Shown here piece by piece: positions 1-13,096 of a stretch of DNA of 64,000 nucleotides (positions are counted from its first letter, which is position 1; each line of letters starts with the position of its first letter). The DNA is from Eledone cirrhosa (taxonomy: Eukaryota): NCBI GenBank assembly GCA_964016885.1, contig OZ024766.1:15004001-15068000 (forward strand). The letters are read 5' to 3'. The notes below the pieces were generated by a model. The model was not told where the DNA came from and ran no database searches. It saw only the letters and a list, made by a program, of their open reading frames with translations. The translations under genes and the position numbers were made by a program.

Positions 1-505
1 GCCTCCCTTTTCCGCTTCGTGACGCTGTGATATTCCTCAGTCTAGGACTGCTGGAATTTCAAATTTGGCGGTCATTATGATGCGTGAAGGGACGACTTAG
101 CTGACACGAAAAATAACTGCGGTAAGAAATGTTTTCTTATATCAATGTTTGAAGGGCATCCACTGATGATTTATAAGTGCCCACCTGCATATGTTCTTAC
201 AGGAAAATATGTAGGCTTCTACATAAACAAGAAACATTCTCCCAACTTGTAGAAAACTTATAATGAAACAATTGTTTGGAAAGAGAGATATATTTTAATT
301 TTAATTATATCTCATATAAAATAATACAACTGGCTTTCCACAAAATACATATAGTTAGCACCCCAAACACAAAATTGGGATTATACTAAGGTATATCCTA
401 ATGTTTGTTGAGTGAGATGGTAGCCAGTCAGAGTTTAGCTTAAAGCTTTCTCTGTTACTGTATTAAATATATGTATATATATATATATATATGTATCTAT
501 ATATA

Positions 506-3338
506 TCACCTTGACCGACCAGTCTGTCGGGCGTCCATTCGACGCCGCTGGTCACAGCACGCCATCCATTCCTCTCTGGATTGTGCTTTCCTCATCCATG
601 TAGTCCCAATCATATTCCTAAAATGATCTGCCACCTTCATGGAGGCCTTCCGAGTGGTCGCTTCCACTCGCACGGGTACCACTCGGCAACTGCGCAGGTC
701 CAGTGATTATCGGTGAACCGGGCGACGTGTCCAGCCCATCTGAACTTGCTGCGTATATATTGCGCGATGACGTCCCTCACACCGGACTTCTGTCTAATGA
801 CTTCGCTCCTGATGTGCTCTCTCAACGAGATTCCTAGCATTGATCTCTCCATGGCTCTTTGAGCCGTTACCAGCCTCTGCTCTTCTCTCTTCGTTGTAGC
901 CCAAGTTTCACTGCCATATAACTTTGTAGGTAAAACTGTGCTATTGAAGAAGTTTTCATGCTGTTCATCTTGAGGCCTACTGCAGAGCTTTTGATGTCGA
1001 GCTCCGTCAGCATGGTCTGAAGCCGATCCGTGGTTTCAGCGATGAGTACGATGTCATCAGCGAAACGGAGGTGGGTAAGTATCTCCCCATTGATGGTGAC
1101 ACCGCCTTGCCAGTCAATGCCTCTGATGATCTGCTCGAGACACGCGGTGAAAACTTTTGGAGAGATCGTATCTCCTTGCTTCACTCCCTTCTCGACCGGC
1201 ACTCGTACGGGTGATGACAGCAGAGCTGTGTCGGTGGTGCATCCGGAATTCACCTCCTTGAGCAGTTGAACGTATTGCGCCTCGACTCCTTGCCTCTGCA
1301 GCGAGTTCAGCAATGCGTTGATTTCGACGCTGTCGAAGGCCTTCTTGTAGTCTACGAACGCGACGCAAAGAGGCATCTTGTACCCTTTTGCTTGCTCAAG
1401 CAGTTGTGTCAGAGTAAATATGTGGTCCATCGTGCTGTAGTTCTTCCGGAAGCCGGCTTGCTCTTTCGGTTGCTGTTCGTCCAGATGATGTGATAACCTG
1501 TTCAGGATTATCTTCGTGAACAGCTTGTACACGTGAGACAGCAGGAATATGGGTCGGTAGTTCTTCAGATCTTCTCTATCGCCCTTCTTTTATAGCAGGA
1601 TCGTATTCGACTCTTTCCACTGCGAGGGTATTCTTCCCTCGTCCAGATCGTGTGTGAATCGCTCGGCGAGGATTTTCCAGAGCTGTTCTCCGCCTGACTT
1701 CAACACCTCCGATGTTATGCCGTCTTTCCCTGGCGCCTTTCCGCTTTTCATTACACCGACGGCTCTTTCGACCTCACCGACAAGGATGGGTGGCACATTT
1801 TCTTCCTGTTGGAGTGACGGCAACGGCTGCACATTCCTGGCAGACTTGAAGAGCTTGGTGTAGAAGTCTTCGTAAATCTTTTCCATCTCATTCTTGTCGC
1901 TGACCGGTACTCCAGCTGTGTTCTTCAGGGTCGTCACCTTCGATCTGTACATTGCCATGTCCGTCTCGCATTTCTTGAGGCTCTTCTTTTCCTCTGCGGC
2001 CTTCAGGAGCTTCCCCATCCGGTATGCCTCGAAGTCTCTCTTCAGTTGCCGTATCACTCTGCTGAGAAGGGAATATTCGAGGTGATTTTCAGGTGTCCTC
2101 TTCATAATCTTCCTCTTCTCAGGCAACTTCATAGTTTCCTCCCAGACTCTTCCCTTCCGCTCCTTCGGGCACACACTCTTAGCCTTCCTCAAGCACTCCT
2201 TCAGTTTCCTTATCAGTGAGTCGAAGTCAGCGTCTATGCCGTCTCCTTTACACCACTTTTCCTGCATGATGGCTTCCTGCTGCTGCGCCTCGTTGAAGAC
2301 CCAGACGCGTTCTCCCTTCGACGCCAAATGCAGCGCCTTCTTTTCCCTCGTCCGATCGATGACGACCTTCGCCCTCAACAGACGATGATCACTGCCAGTG
2401 TTAAATGGCGTTATGACGGAGACGTCCTGCAGTATACGTCGCTTGTCGACCAGGATGTAGTCGATCTCGTTTCCGTGCTCAGAATTTAGCGATACCCAGG
2501 TCCATCTTTTCTCCTCCTTCTTCCTGAATAGGCTGTTTCCGATGTAGAGCCGTCTCATCTCCGCCATGGTGACCAGACACTCTCCTCTCTCATTTCGATC
2601 TCGTAGGCCGAATTTTCCTACATACTCTTCCCCTTGCCGTCCCTGTCCGACCTTTGCGTTGAAGTCCCCCATCACGACGGTGTAAGTGGACTTCACAGCT
2701 AGCACTTTGTCTAGCTGGCGATAGAATTCTTCCACTTCCTCGTCGTCGCTGGCACTTGTGGGAGCGTAGGTCTGGATGATCTTGAGGGTGGCCTTCCCTG
2801 AGAGGTTTACGTTCACTACACCAATCCATGACGATATGAACTGGCAAGAAGCGACCTTCGAAGCCCATTCCTTGCTTACGATAAACCCTATACCAATATG
2901 GCATCCTCTGCTTTCCCGAGTCTCACGGCGCATCCATCTTGCCATCGGGAATTCGCCTCCTTCTTCTGGCGGGTCTCGCACAGCCCTAACACGTCCCACC
3001 TGATCTTCTTCTTCTCCTCCATTAGGTGGTTCAGTCCTTGCCCCCCTGCCAAAGACCTGCAGTTGTATGTGCATATGGCAAGGTTAGTCCTGTTCCATGG
3101 CGGCCTTCGGGAACCTGCGATTCTTAGCAGCCTCTCGTCGCTCGGGTTGCACTCCGCCGTCATGGAGCAGCCCGATTGACTCGCAGGGTACTGAGGCCCT
3201 TTTCATCGTGCTGTTTTAACTATAAGATGACGCCATCCTATTGGCTGGGCGGGCAGGCCGGTACCTCTTCAGTTTAGCTAGCTTTTGAACTCTAGAAGAT
3301 GATGAATCATCTCTAGGACCCAATTCAGGTCAAACAAA

Positions 3339-3340
<2 letters not shown>
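506..3340 (-). mobile_element. RTE-clade LINE (family A), near full length, decayed
   Basis: Minus-strand ORF pieces: APE endonuclease (ICTYNCRSL, GDFNAKVG, EIDYILV, SDHRLL; 1590-3163), RT ([33 protein letters not shown]; 867-1532) and C-terminus (RWAGHVAR, RPLGRP; 637-852). It has frameshifts and an internal deletion near 950, and is flanked by (TA)n on both sides. Confidence 0.9.
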
Positions 3341-3376
<36 letters not shown>

Positions 3377-3380
<4 letters not shown>

Positions 3381-6360
3381 CTATATAATTATTGCAGGCG
3401 ACCCAAACGGTCACGTTGGACAACATTGTGACGGCTATGATGAAATCCATGGAGGCTATGGGTTTGGTACTAGAAATGAGGAAGGCTCCAGAATCCTGGA
3501 ATTCTGTGACGCAAATAACCTAACAATCTGTAACACTAACTTCAAAAAACGAGACAATCACTTGATCACCTACAGATCAGGGGAACATACCAGCCAGGTA
3601 GATTATATCCTTACCAGAAGACGTGACAGAGTGACTGTTGTAAACACTAAATCCCTCCCCCATGAAGAATGCACCTCCCAACATAGACTGATAATTAGCG
3701 ACCTAATAGTCAGGACGAGACGTACTAGACAACAGAAGAGGACTATCCTCAGGAGAAAAATATGGAAGCTAAAGGACCCCACAGCCAAAAATAAATTTCA
3801 AAGCATATTACTTGATGCTTTCGACAGTAAGGAAGAGCAATTAGAATCGTACAAGGTAGAGGAACAGTGGGAATTCCTGAAAGCAAACCTGCTGATGGCG
3901 GCAGACGAAGTCTGTGGCTGGAGCAGGCCTGTAGGCAGGAGGAGAGTAACATGGTGGTGGAACAGTAAGGTGGAGGAGTCAATTAAGGCCAAAAAACAAG
4001 CTTGGAAAGTATGGCGGGATGGGGGAAGCAGAGAAGACTATCAAGTGGCCAGGAGGGAAGCTAGGAGACAAGTATACTTTGCAAGAAGGGAAGCAGAGGA
4101 AAGAAAGTTCAAGCATGTTCTATAACGCGAGGACCAAAAACGTGAGGTGTTCAGGATTGCTAGGCAATGTGTCAAGGAAAACAGTGATATTGTTGGGGAG
4201 AAGTGTGTACTTAATGATGACGGCGTACTTGCCATCACCGACGCTGATAAGAAGGTAGCTTGGAAGTGTCACTATGAAAGGCTACTAAATGAGGAGAATA
4301 AATGGGAGAAAGACAGTCTCCCCCACATCGAGCCAATAGAGGGACTAGCAGTGTTAGTCGAGGGTAGTATAATAAGTAAGGCAATCAAAGATATGAAGAC
4401 GGGTAAGGCGGCTGGGCCTTCGGAAATAGTTGCCGAGATGCTGAAGGCATCTGGTACGGTGGGACACACCATGGTCACCCGGATAGTCAACCAAGTCATA
4501 CAGAATGGGGTTGTTCCGAAGGACTGGCGTAGCAGCATCATCGTTAACTGTTATAAGGGTAAAGGAGATGCCCTAGATAGGAGTAACTATAGAGGCATTA
4601 AATTAATCGACCAGGTCATGAAGGTCATGAAATGCAGTTCGGGTTTGTGTCAGGAAAAAGTACCACAGACGCTCTTTTCATTGTACGACAACTACAGGAG
4701 AAGTACCTAGCTAAAAGTAAAACCCTATACTTAGCTTTCGTCGACTTGGAGAAAGCCTTCGACAGAGTCCCCCGTTCCATTATCTGGTGGGCTCTTAGAA
4801 AACTAGGTGTCGATGAATGGCTTGTGAGAGCTATACAAGCCATGTATAAAGAAACAGTGAGCAAGGTTAGAATTAACAACGAATATAGTGAAGAGTTTAG
4901 TGTAAAAGTTGGTGTACATCAGGGCTCTGTTCTTAGCCCCCTACTATTTATTATTGCCCTCCAGGATCTAACAGTGGAGTTCAAGACCGGCTGCCCGTGG
5001 GAACTCTTTTACGCAGATGATCTAACGCTCATAGCTGAATCAATGGCCGAGCTAGAGAAGAAATTCCAAACATGGAAGCATGGCCTAGAATCAAAAGGCC
5101 TTAAAATTAACCTGGCTAAGACTAAAGTTCTAGTTTGTAAGAAAGAAAATAAGGCGGCGGTCCCCTCCGGGAAGTGGCCATGCTCAGTGTGTAGGAAAGG
5201 CGTAGGTAGAAACTCCATTTTGTGTCCCAAATGCAAAGTATGGGTGCATAAAAGATGTAGTGGGATCACAGGTAAGCTAACTAAGAACATAGATTTTACA
5301 TGTGGCCGGTGTTCTGGGGCAATAAGTAGCAGCAAGTGCCCACAAAATAATAGCCCTTTCAACTGCGCAGAGGGTTCTATAGAAATAGTGGACAGCTTCC
5401 GTTACCTGGGTGACAAAATCAGCAGTGGGGGAGGGTGCTCTGAAAGTACAGTAGCTAGAGTCAGAACTGGGTGGAAAAAGTTCAGTGAGCTTATACCGCT
5501 ATTAGCCGCTAAAGGGTTCTCCCTAAAAATGAAAGGCAGGTTGTACGATGCCTGCATACGAACAGCAATGTTGCATGGCAGTGAGACCTGGGCATTGTGT
5601 GCAGAGGATATACGCAGACTAGAGAGCAACGAAGCTTGCATGATCCGCTGGATGTGTAATAGTAATATACGTGAACGGCAAAGCATAAACGAACTAAGGG
5701 AAACATTAGAAATAAGAGGGATCAGATGTTGTTTATTCGAGAGAAGGCTACATTGGTATGGTCACGTGATGCGCATGAAAGTTGATAGCTGTATAACAAA
5801 GTGCAGGGCAATAAAGATAGACGGTAGCCACGGAATAGGCAGACCCAGAAAAACCTGGGACGAGCTGATAAATTCCGACCTCACACACTTACACCTCACC
5901 AAGACAATGTCACTGGACCGAGACCTTTGGCGGTACTCAGTAATAGAGAAGACCCCGCCTTACCTAAATACAAAGTAAAACCTACTACAGTCAGTAGGCA
6001 TCTCTAACAAAATACACCCCCGTCCCACCACCCCCACCCCATCCACACCGCCCCTTTCAATGTAAAGTTATGTTGGTGCCACAACATCCAGCCCGAAACA
6101 AATGAGGTCGTGTAGGTGTCACGTCAAAAAACACACAGTCCACGCTGTAATGTGGCCGTGTAGGCAACACGGTAAAAACCTCCCAGCCCCACACTGTAAA
6201 TGTGGTTGTTGTTAGGAAGGGCATCCAGCTGTAGAAAACCCGCCAGGCAGTCCTATGCGAGCAAGATAACCACTCTTGCCTCAAGTGGGAAAACCCTCCG
6301 TCCAAACCCATGCAAGCGTGGAACACGGACGTTAAACGATGATGATGATGATGATGATGA

Positions 6361-6364
<4 letters not shown>
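3377..6364 (+). mobile_element. RTE-clade LINE with PHD finger in RT (family B), 5'-truncated copy
   Basis: Nearly collinear with 24116-27093. Stop at 4123-4125 and a 46-bp deletion at 4627/4628. RT motifs FVDLEKAFDRV, GVHQGSVLSP, YADDL. Ends in a (GAT)n tail followed by (TA)n. Confidence 0.93.
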
Positions 6365-6825
<461 letters not shown>

Positions 6826-6986
6826 AACAATATATATATATATATATATGTACGTTATTCCGGGTTGAATCGGAGGTAACCACAGTAAGTAAGGTACTCA
6901 ATACATAGCAGAGTATAAAAGTTTTAATATAGATGAGATTCTACAGGACTAGAACTGTTTCATACATTAGAAATCATCAGGAATCA

Positions 6987-7039
6987 GGGATTCCTGATGA
7001 TTTCTAATGAATGAAACAGTTCTAGTCCTGTAGAATCTC
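6987..7039 (+). ncRNA. Type I hammerhead ribozyme motif (mirror copy on - strand at about 6935-6985)
   Basis: Stem I gggattc/gaatctc; CTGATGA 6994-7000; short stem II; GAAA 7013-7016; stem III cag/ctg; GUA cleavage triplet 7030-7032. Lies in inverted repeat 6919-7055. Confidence 0.75.
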
Positions 7040-7052
7040 ATCTATATTAAAA

Positions 7053-7094
<42 letters not shown>

Positions 7095-7209
7095 TATACA
7101 CACATATATATATACACACACACATATATATATACACACACACATATATATACACACACATATATATACACACACATATATATATATATATACACATATA
7201 TATATACAC

Positions 7210-7548
7210 ATCATCATCATCATTTTACGTCCGCTTTTCCCTGCTTGCAAGGGTGGGATGGGAACTGATCCTGGCTTGATTTCTACAGCTGGATGCCCTT
7301 CCTAACACCAACCTCATATACAGTGAGTGCTGGGTGCTTTTTTTGCCGTGGCACCTCCACGACCACTTTACAGTGGAATGATAGGGACCCCAGTCCCTAT
7401 CATCTCATTTCTACAGCTGAGTAAACTGGAGCAATGTGAAATAAAGTGTCTTGCTCAAGGAAACAACGCATCACGTGGTCTGAGAATTGAACTCACAACC
7501 TTTCGATTGCAAGGCCAATGCTCTAACTACTAAGCCATGTGCCCCCAT
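7210..7548 (-). mobile_element. tRNA-derived SINE with RTE-like 3' tail (other copies 22632-22956 +, 53300-53608 -, 56095-56393 +)
   Basis: A/B-box-like head (tggcttagtagttagagc ... gagttcaattc), central ccttgagcaagacacttt motif, tail gaagggcatccagctgtagaaa ... cggacgtaaaa(tga)n shared with RTE 3' ends. Confidence 0.85.
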
Positions 7549-7589
7549 TCATATATATATACATATATATATATACACACACATATATA

Positions 7590-7876
7590 TCTAAGTCTAA
7601 AGTCTGTCTTAAGCCAGCAGGCTCATTTGGCCGGTGCTTATACCGGTTTCATGGCGTGAAGTGAGTGAGAGTACAAGACTACATCCTGGACAGGACGCCA
7701 GTCCATCGCAGGGTTAAACCTCCAGCTATTGCTGGTACACATTTTCAGCTGAGTAAACTGGAGCAACGTGAAATAAAGTGTCTTTCTCAAGGAAACAACA
7801 CATCACCCGGTCCAAGAATGGAACTCACCACCTTTCGATTGAAAGCCTAATGCTCTAACCACTAAGCCATGTGCCT

Positions 7877-7880
<4 letters not shown>
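7590..7880 (-). mobile_element. tRNA-derived SINE, same head and centre as the 7210 family but a different 3' half
   Basis: Head and central ~130 nt match 7410-7548; it then diverges into ccctgcgatggactggcgtcctgtccagg. Confidence 0.8.
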
Positions 7881-7938
<58 letters not shown>

Positions 7939-8157
7939 AGTATGTATGTATGTATACATACATACATATATGTATACAGACGTATAGTAGTATGTATATA
8001 TATACATACATGCACACATATATATATGTACGTATCAGTTTACCAAACATTTATTATAATGCTCGGTTTGTTTGTTTGTAAACAAACAAACAGCCCGAAT
8101 TACGCCGTACAGTGTTTAGGCAACCACGTCACCTTTTTATTCAACACTGACACAGGA

Positions 8158-8200
8158 ATGATGTACTAGTTTCAAGCTTATTAGCTATCGTCAGCATTGT
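8158..8200 (-). ncRNA. Minimal type I hammerhead motif with palindromic stem III
   Basis: Minus strand reads acaatg CTGACGA t-agct-aata-agct-t GAAA cTAg TA catcat; ACTAGT palindrome. Confidence 0.7.
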
Positions 8201-8718
8201 ATAGCTTCCTGCCAGATGGTTGAACGTCTGAAAGTATATACTTTCCTTATGCATATTAACGGCTGAGCAGCCTAATTTGCATATCGAGTGAGATCAGTCG
8301 GCTGGGCACACCGAAAACGATAAATGGAATAGAATGAAACGAAATTTCATTTCTCACTCTTAGTAAGGCACTTACTTAAATGTAAGTATGTATGTATACG
8401 TACATACATATATGTATACAGACGTACAGTAGTATGTATATATATACATACATGCACACATATATATATGCACGTATCGGTTTACCGAACATTTATTATA
8501 ATGTTCGGTTTATTTGTTTGTAAACAAACAAACAGCCCGAATTACGCCGTACAGTGTTTAGGCAACCACGTCACCTTCGTTTCATTCTATTCCATTTATC
8601 GTTTTCGGTGTGCCCGGCCGACTGAACTCACTCAATATGCAAATTAGGCTGCTCAGCCGTTAATATGCATAAGGAAAGTATATACTTTCAGATGTTCAAC
8701 CATCTAGCAGGAAGGTAT

Positions 8719-8761
8719 ACGGTGCTGACGATAGCTAATAAGCTTGAAATGAGTACATTGT
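8719..8761 (+). ncRNA. Minimal type I hammerhead motif (inverted sister copy, stem III mutated)
   Basis: acggtg CTGACGA tagctaataagctt GAAA tgag TA cattgt. Confidence 0.6.
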
Positions 8762-8970
8762 TCCTGTGTCAGTGTTGAACAAAAACGTGACGTGGTTGCC
8801 TAAACATTGTACGGCGTAATTCGGGCTGTTTACAAACAAACAAACCGGACATTATAATAAATGTTCAGTAAACCGATACGTGCATATATATATGTGTGCA
8901 TGTATGTATATATATACATACTACTGTACGTCTGTATACATATATGTATGTACGTATACATACATACATA

Positions 8971-9076
<106 letters not shown>

Positions 9077-9204
9077 ATTATATAGAACAATAAAATATGG
9101 CACCAGATGTTCAACCCAAGACCTTATGATTGAGAACAGCACACCTGTAACCTCTAAGCTATATATCTTCACACAGACTTTCTGATAAAGACAGAAGTAC
9201 CCAC

Positions 9205-9342
9205 CTGACTGATAGTTGTCTCCCCTGAAACCAGCTGCACATCCAACACTAGAACACACCCCAGATTTAATGTCGCAATGATCGTTGTCAGCACAGTGGC
9301 ACAAATACTGACAGTTCAAGCCAAAATAACCCTTTTTACATT
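9205..9342 (-). CDS. EGF/laminin-EGF-like exon of a MEGF10/11- or SCARF-like multi-EGF protein
   Basis: 138 bp, phase 1-1, poly-T-cag acceptor, gtgggt donor. Encodes ECKKGYFGLNCQYLCHCADNDHCDIKSGVCSSVGCAAGFRGDNYQS. Confidence 0.85.
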
Positions 9343-9467
9343 CTGAAAAAAAAAAAAAAAAGAAAATAGAATTATATACACAACATATATATAAAATTAT
9401 ACACAATAACACATATATACAATTATACACAGCTATAACATACATATACACAATTATACATAACTAT

Positions 9468-9828
9468 AATGCCAATGTGCGTGAATGACCAAGCATAGAC
9501 GAGTTGAGAAAGAAACTGGGTATAAGAGGGATAAGTTGTGGTATGCAGGAGAGAAGGCTGAGCTGAGATGGTATGGACATGTGATGTGCATGGAGGATGA
9601 CCGCTGGGTAAAGAAGTGCCAAGAAATCCCAGTAGAAGGAAGACGCAGTAGAGGTAGACCATGAAAAACATGGTCGGAGGTGGTGAGAGGAGACCTCAAA
9701 TTGCTGAAACTCACAGAGGAGATGACAAGGGACCGTGACGAATGAAGAGATGCCATGCTTAATAAGACCCGTCCCACTCTTGCAAGCAGGGAAAAGCGGA
9801 CGTAAAATGATGATGATGATGATGATAA
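9468..9828 (+). mobile_element. RTE LINE 3' fragment (family C)
   Basis: Matches 30450-30800; WYGHV motif; (TGA)n tail. Confidence 0.85.
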
Positions 9829-9829
9829 T

Positions 9830-10385
9830 AATAAAATTATTGTGTACAGTGCTCAGGTGCACTACAACTCATCAATGGTGAATTTATAGTACATTAGTGA
9901 ACAGACAGTGAACAGTGTATGAGTCATGAGATACACACAGACATGCATGCGTGTGTATGGAGGGGGAATATCAGGTGTAGTGTTGGCGCAAAAAAAAAAT
10001 AAAAGGAAATGCTTACAGCACCTAGGTTTCTCAAGTGGTTTCCCATCTAAGTACTAACTAGGCTCGAGTCAAGATATATGTGTGTGTGTGTGTATGTATG
10101 GAGGGGGAATATCAGGTGCAGTGTTGGCGAATTTCAGGCAACATGGAGGTTTTAAAGGATGCAGTGTCCCGGCAGCTAACAACTGATGCAGGTAGTTTGT
10201 TCCATGCTTCAGTGAATTTCAGGAAGCATGGAGGTTTTAAAGGATGCAGTGTCCTGGCAGCACACAACTGATGCGGGTAGTTTGTTCCATGCTTCAGTGA
10301 ATTTCAGGAAGCATGGAGGTTTTAAAGGATGCAGTGTCTTGGCAGCACACAACTGATGCGGGTAGTTTGTTCCATGCTTCAGCAA
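9830..10385 (-). mobile_element. CR1-like 3'-end fragments, internally repeated (also 48030-48313 and 59190-59472)
   Basis: Minus strand encodes a EAWNKLPASVV-type CR1 terminal motif; the segment is present about 3 times in tandem. Confidence 0.65.
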
Positions 10386-10769
10386 ATTTTTATATATATC
10401 GATTGACCAACAGTTAAAAAATATAAATATAAATATAGTTTCTCAGAGTTTTTTCATCACACATCTGTGACATCATCAGTGATATTTCTATGCTTGTCAT
10501 ATTCCTGTGATGTTTTCTTATTCTATTTTATTTATTTGCAGTGGTTCCAACGTAAAAGACTTTCATAATAGTTGATCACTATAAATAACAGTTAGGAAAA
10601 CCAGATAAAGTACATGTGGAGATAGAAAGAAGTAGACGGAGGGTCCTGTAAGGAACAGGTGCAAGTTTGCTTCCTTGCAAATACTTCTGTCTACATCTAC
10701 CTTTCTCCTGAGATACTTTACTACCCACATTAACCTGTCACCTGTGGTCCAATACTGTCTACCAGGAAT

Positions 10770-10950
10770 AATAATTGTTTCTACTTTAGGCACAAGGTCA
10801 GAAATTATCCCAGTGTATTACTGGTACTTTATTTTATCGACCCCGTAAGGATGAAAGGCAAAGTTAACTTCGGCGGGATTTGAACTCAGATTGTAAAGGG
10901 ACATAACTATGCTGGAAAGCACGGCATCCGACTCTCTACCGATACTGCCA
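10770..10950 (-). mobile_element. SINE, second family (other copies 38317-38481 +, 41385-41574 +)
   Basis: B-box gagttcaaatccc, then ctttgcctttcatccttacggggtcgataaaataaagtacc. The 38.3-kb copy has a 19-bp TSD (38298-38316 and 38482-38500); the 41.4-kb copy has a 14-bp TSD. Confidence 0.8.
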
Positions 10951-11665
10951 TAATACAGTTATACTAGTTAGAAGTAGAAATAAAAGACTATTAAACATAT
11001 GTAGTCATTAATAATATAGTTACACTAGTTAGTAGTAAAAGAAAAAGAGTAATACACCTATGTAGTCATTAATAATATAGTTATACTAGTTAGTAGTAAA
11101 AGTAAAAGAGTAATAAACCTATGTAGTCATTAATAATATAGTTACACTAGTTAGTAGTAAAGGTAATAGAGTAATAAACCTATGTAGTCATTAATAATAT
11201 AGTTAGACTAGTTAGTAGTAAAAGTAAAAGAGTAATAAACCTATGTAGCCATTAATAATATAGTTATACTAGTTAGTAGTAAAAGTGAAAGAGTAATACA
11301 CCTATGTAGCCATTAATAATATAGTTATACTAGTTAGTAGTAAACGTAAAAGAGTAATAAACCTATGTAGGGATTAATAATATAGTTATACTAGTTAGTA
11401 GTAAAAGTGAAAGAGTAATAAACCTATGTAGCCATTAATAATATAGTTATACTAGTTAGTAGTAAAAGTGAAAGAGTAATACACCTATGTAGTCATTAAT
11501 AATTTAGTTATACTAGTTAGTAGTAAAAGTGAAGAGTAATAAACCTATGTAGCCATTAATAATATAGTTATACTAGTTAGTAGTAAAAGTAAAAGAGTAA
11601 TAAACATATGTAGACATTAATAATATAGTTATACTAGTTAGTAGTAAACGTAAAAGAGTATTAAA
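10950..11665. repeat. 61-bp AT-rich minisatellite, about 12 copies
   Basis: Unit taataatatagttatactagttagtagtaaaagtaaaagagtaataaacctatgtagtcat. Confidence 0.95.
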
Positions 11666-11670
11666 CCAAC

Positions 11671-11808
11671 CAGTTTGACAATCAGTTCCTATATAGCCTG
11701 GTTCACAGTTGCCCTCTTCACAAACACCATTGGTTCTGTTGCAGTATTTACTTTCTTCACAATGACAAACCTTTTGACAGTTAGACCCAAAAGTATTGCT
11801 TGGACAGA
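11671..11808 (-). CDS. EGF/laminin-EGF-like exon, same gene as 9205-9342
   Basis: 138 bp, phase 1-1, ccag acceptor, gttggt donor. Hand translation VCPSNTFGSNCQKVCHCEESKYCNRTNGVCEEGNCEPGYIGTDCQT (8 Cys). Absent from the ORF track. Confidence 0.88.
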
Positions 11809-12922
11809 CTGGATGAAATAAAGGATCAAACAGAAATTTAGTAAATTTAACCCTTTAGCATTTACATTACTTTATATATATATACTTTTGTATTTTTACA
11901 GTAAACACTTTATCACATATTATGGAATCTACGAGATTTTGATGATGATATTATTTATTTTGAGAAGAATACCTTAATGTCAGTATTGGTGACCGGTTAT
12001 TGAAAGAAGTCAATATATAACCCTTTAGCATTTACATTTCTCATAGACATTCAATGTAGAAGAGAACTGGGAGTTCCTAAAAAATAACTTACTAGAGGCG
12101 ACGGATGAGGTCTGTGGCTGGAGTAAGACCTCAAGCAGGAGGAGAGTGACTTGGTGGTGGAACAATAAGGTATATGAGGCAGTTAAGGCCAAGAGACAGG
12201 CATGGAAAGAATGGAAGAATGGGGGGAGCAGGGTACATTACATAGAGACCAAGTACAACCTGTCTCATGGCGACTAAACTGGCAACCCCACCAAGGTTTC
12301 TTGGTGAGGAGGGTGACTTTGGACATCCTGCAGGACTAAAAACAAAACCTGTCAAAGGGCAAAGGAGCTCTTAAGAGTCAATGGCCATCCAAAATCACCG
12401 GGAGAGATGACCCCTTAGCCTTTGTCAAGGCAGAATTCTAGGAGAAGGAAAACTCTGATATAACACCTACAACCCTGATGGTATCCAATGATGTTGACTT
12501 GTTCTTCTTTTTGGTAAATATCATCTTGGTTAAGAGAGTGGGACTGGCTTTGTGCAGTGCCTTTGCTCACTATAAAAGCTTCACGTCACAGGCATTGCTT
12601 TATATCTGGAGATATATATATATATATTAACATGTATGTATATATATACATGTATATATATATATACATGTATGTATATATATATACAATAATTGTATAT
12701 ATATATATATATACATATATACACGTATATATATATATACATGTATGTATATATATATATATACATATATACACGTATATATATATATACATGTATGTAT
12801 ATATATACATATATACATGTATGTATATATATACATGTATGTATATATATATATATACATATATACATGTATGTATATATATATATACATATATACATGT
12901 ATATATATATATATATACATAT

Positions 12923-12967
<45 letters not shown>

Positions 12968-13096
12968 TACACGTATGTATATATATACATGTATATATAT
13001 ATACATATATACATGTATATATATATATATACATGTATATATATACGTGTATATATATATATACATGTATATATATATATACATGTATATATATAT

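Noticed and set aside
3240-3340. HDV-like ribozyme in the RTE 5' UTR (also considered at 12250-12480)
   Set aside because: Hairpins are present but I could not build the nested double pseudoknot by eye.
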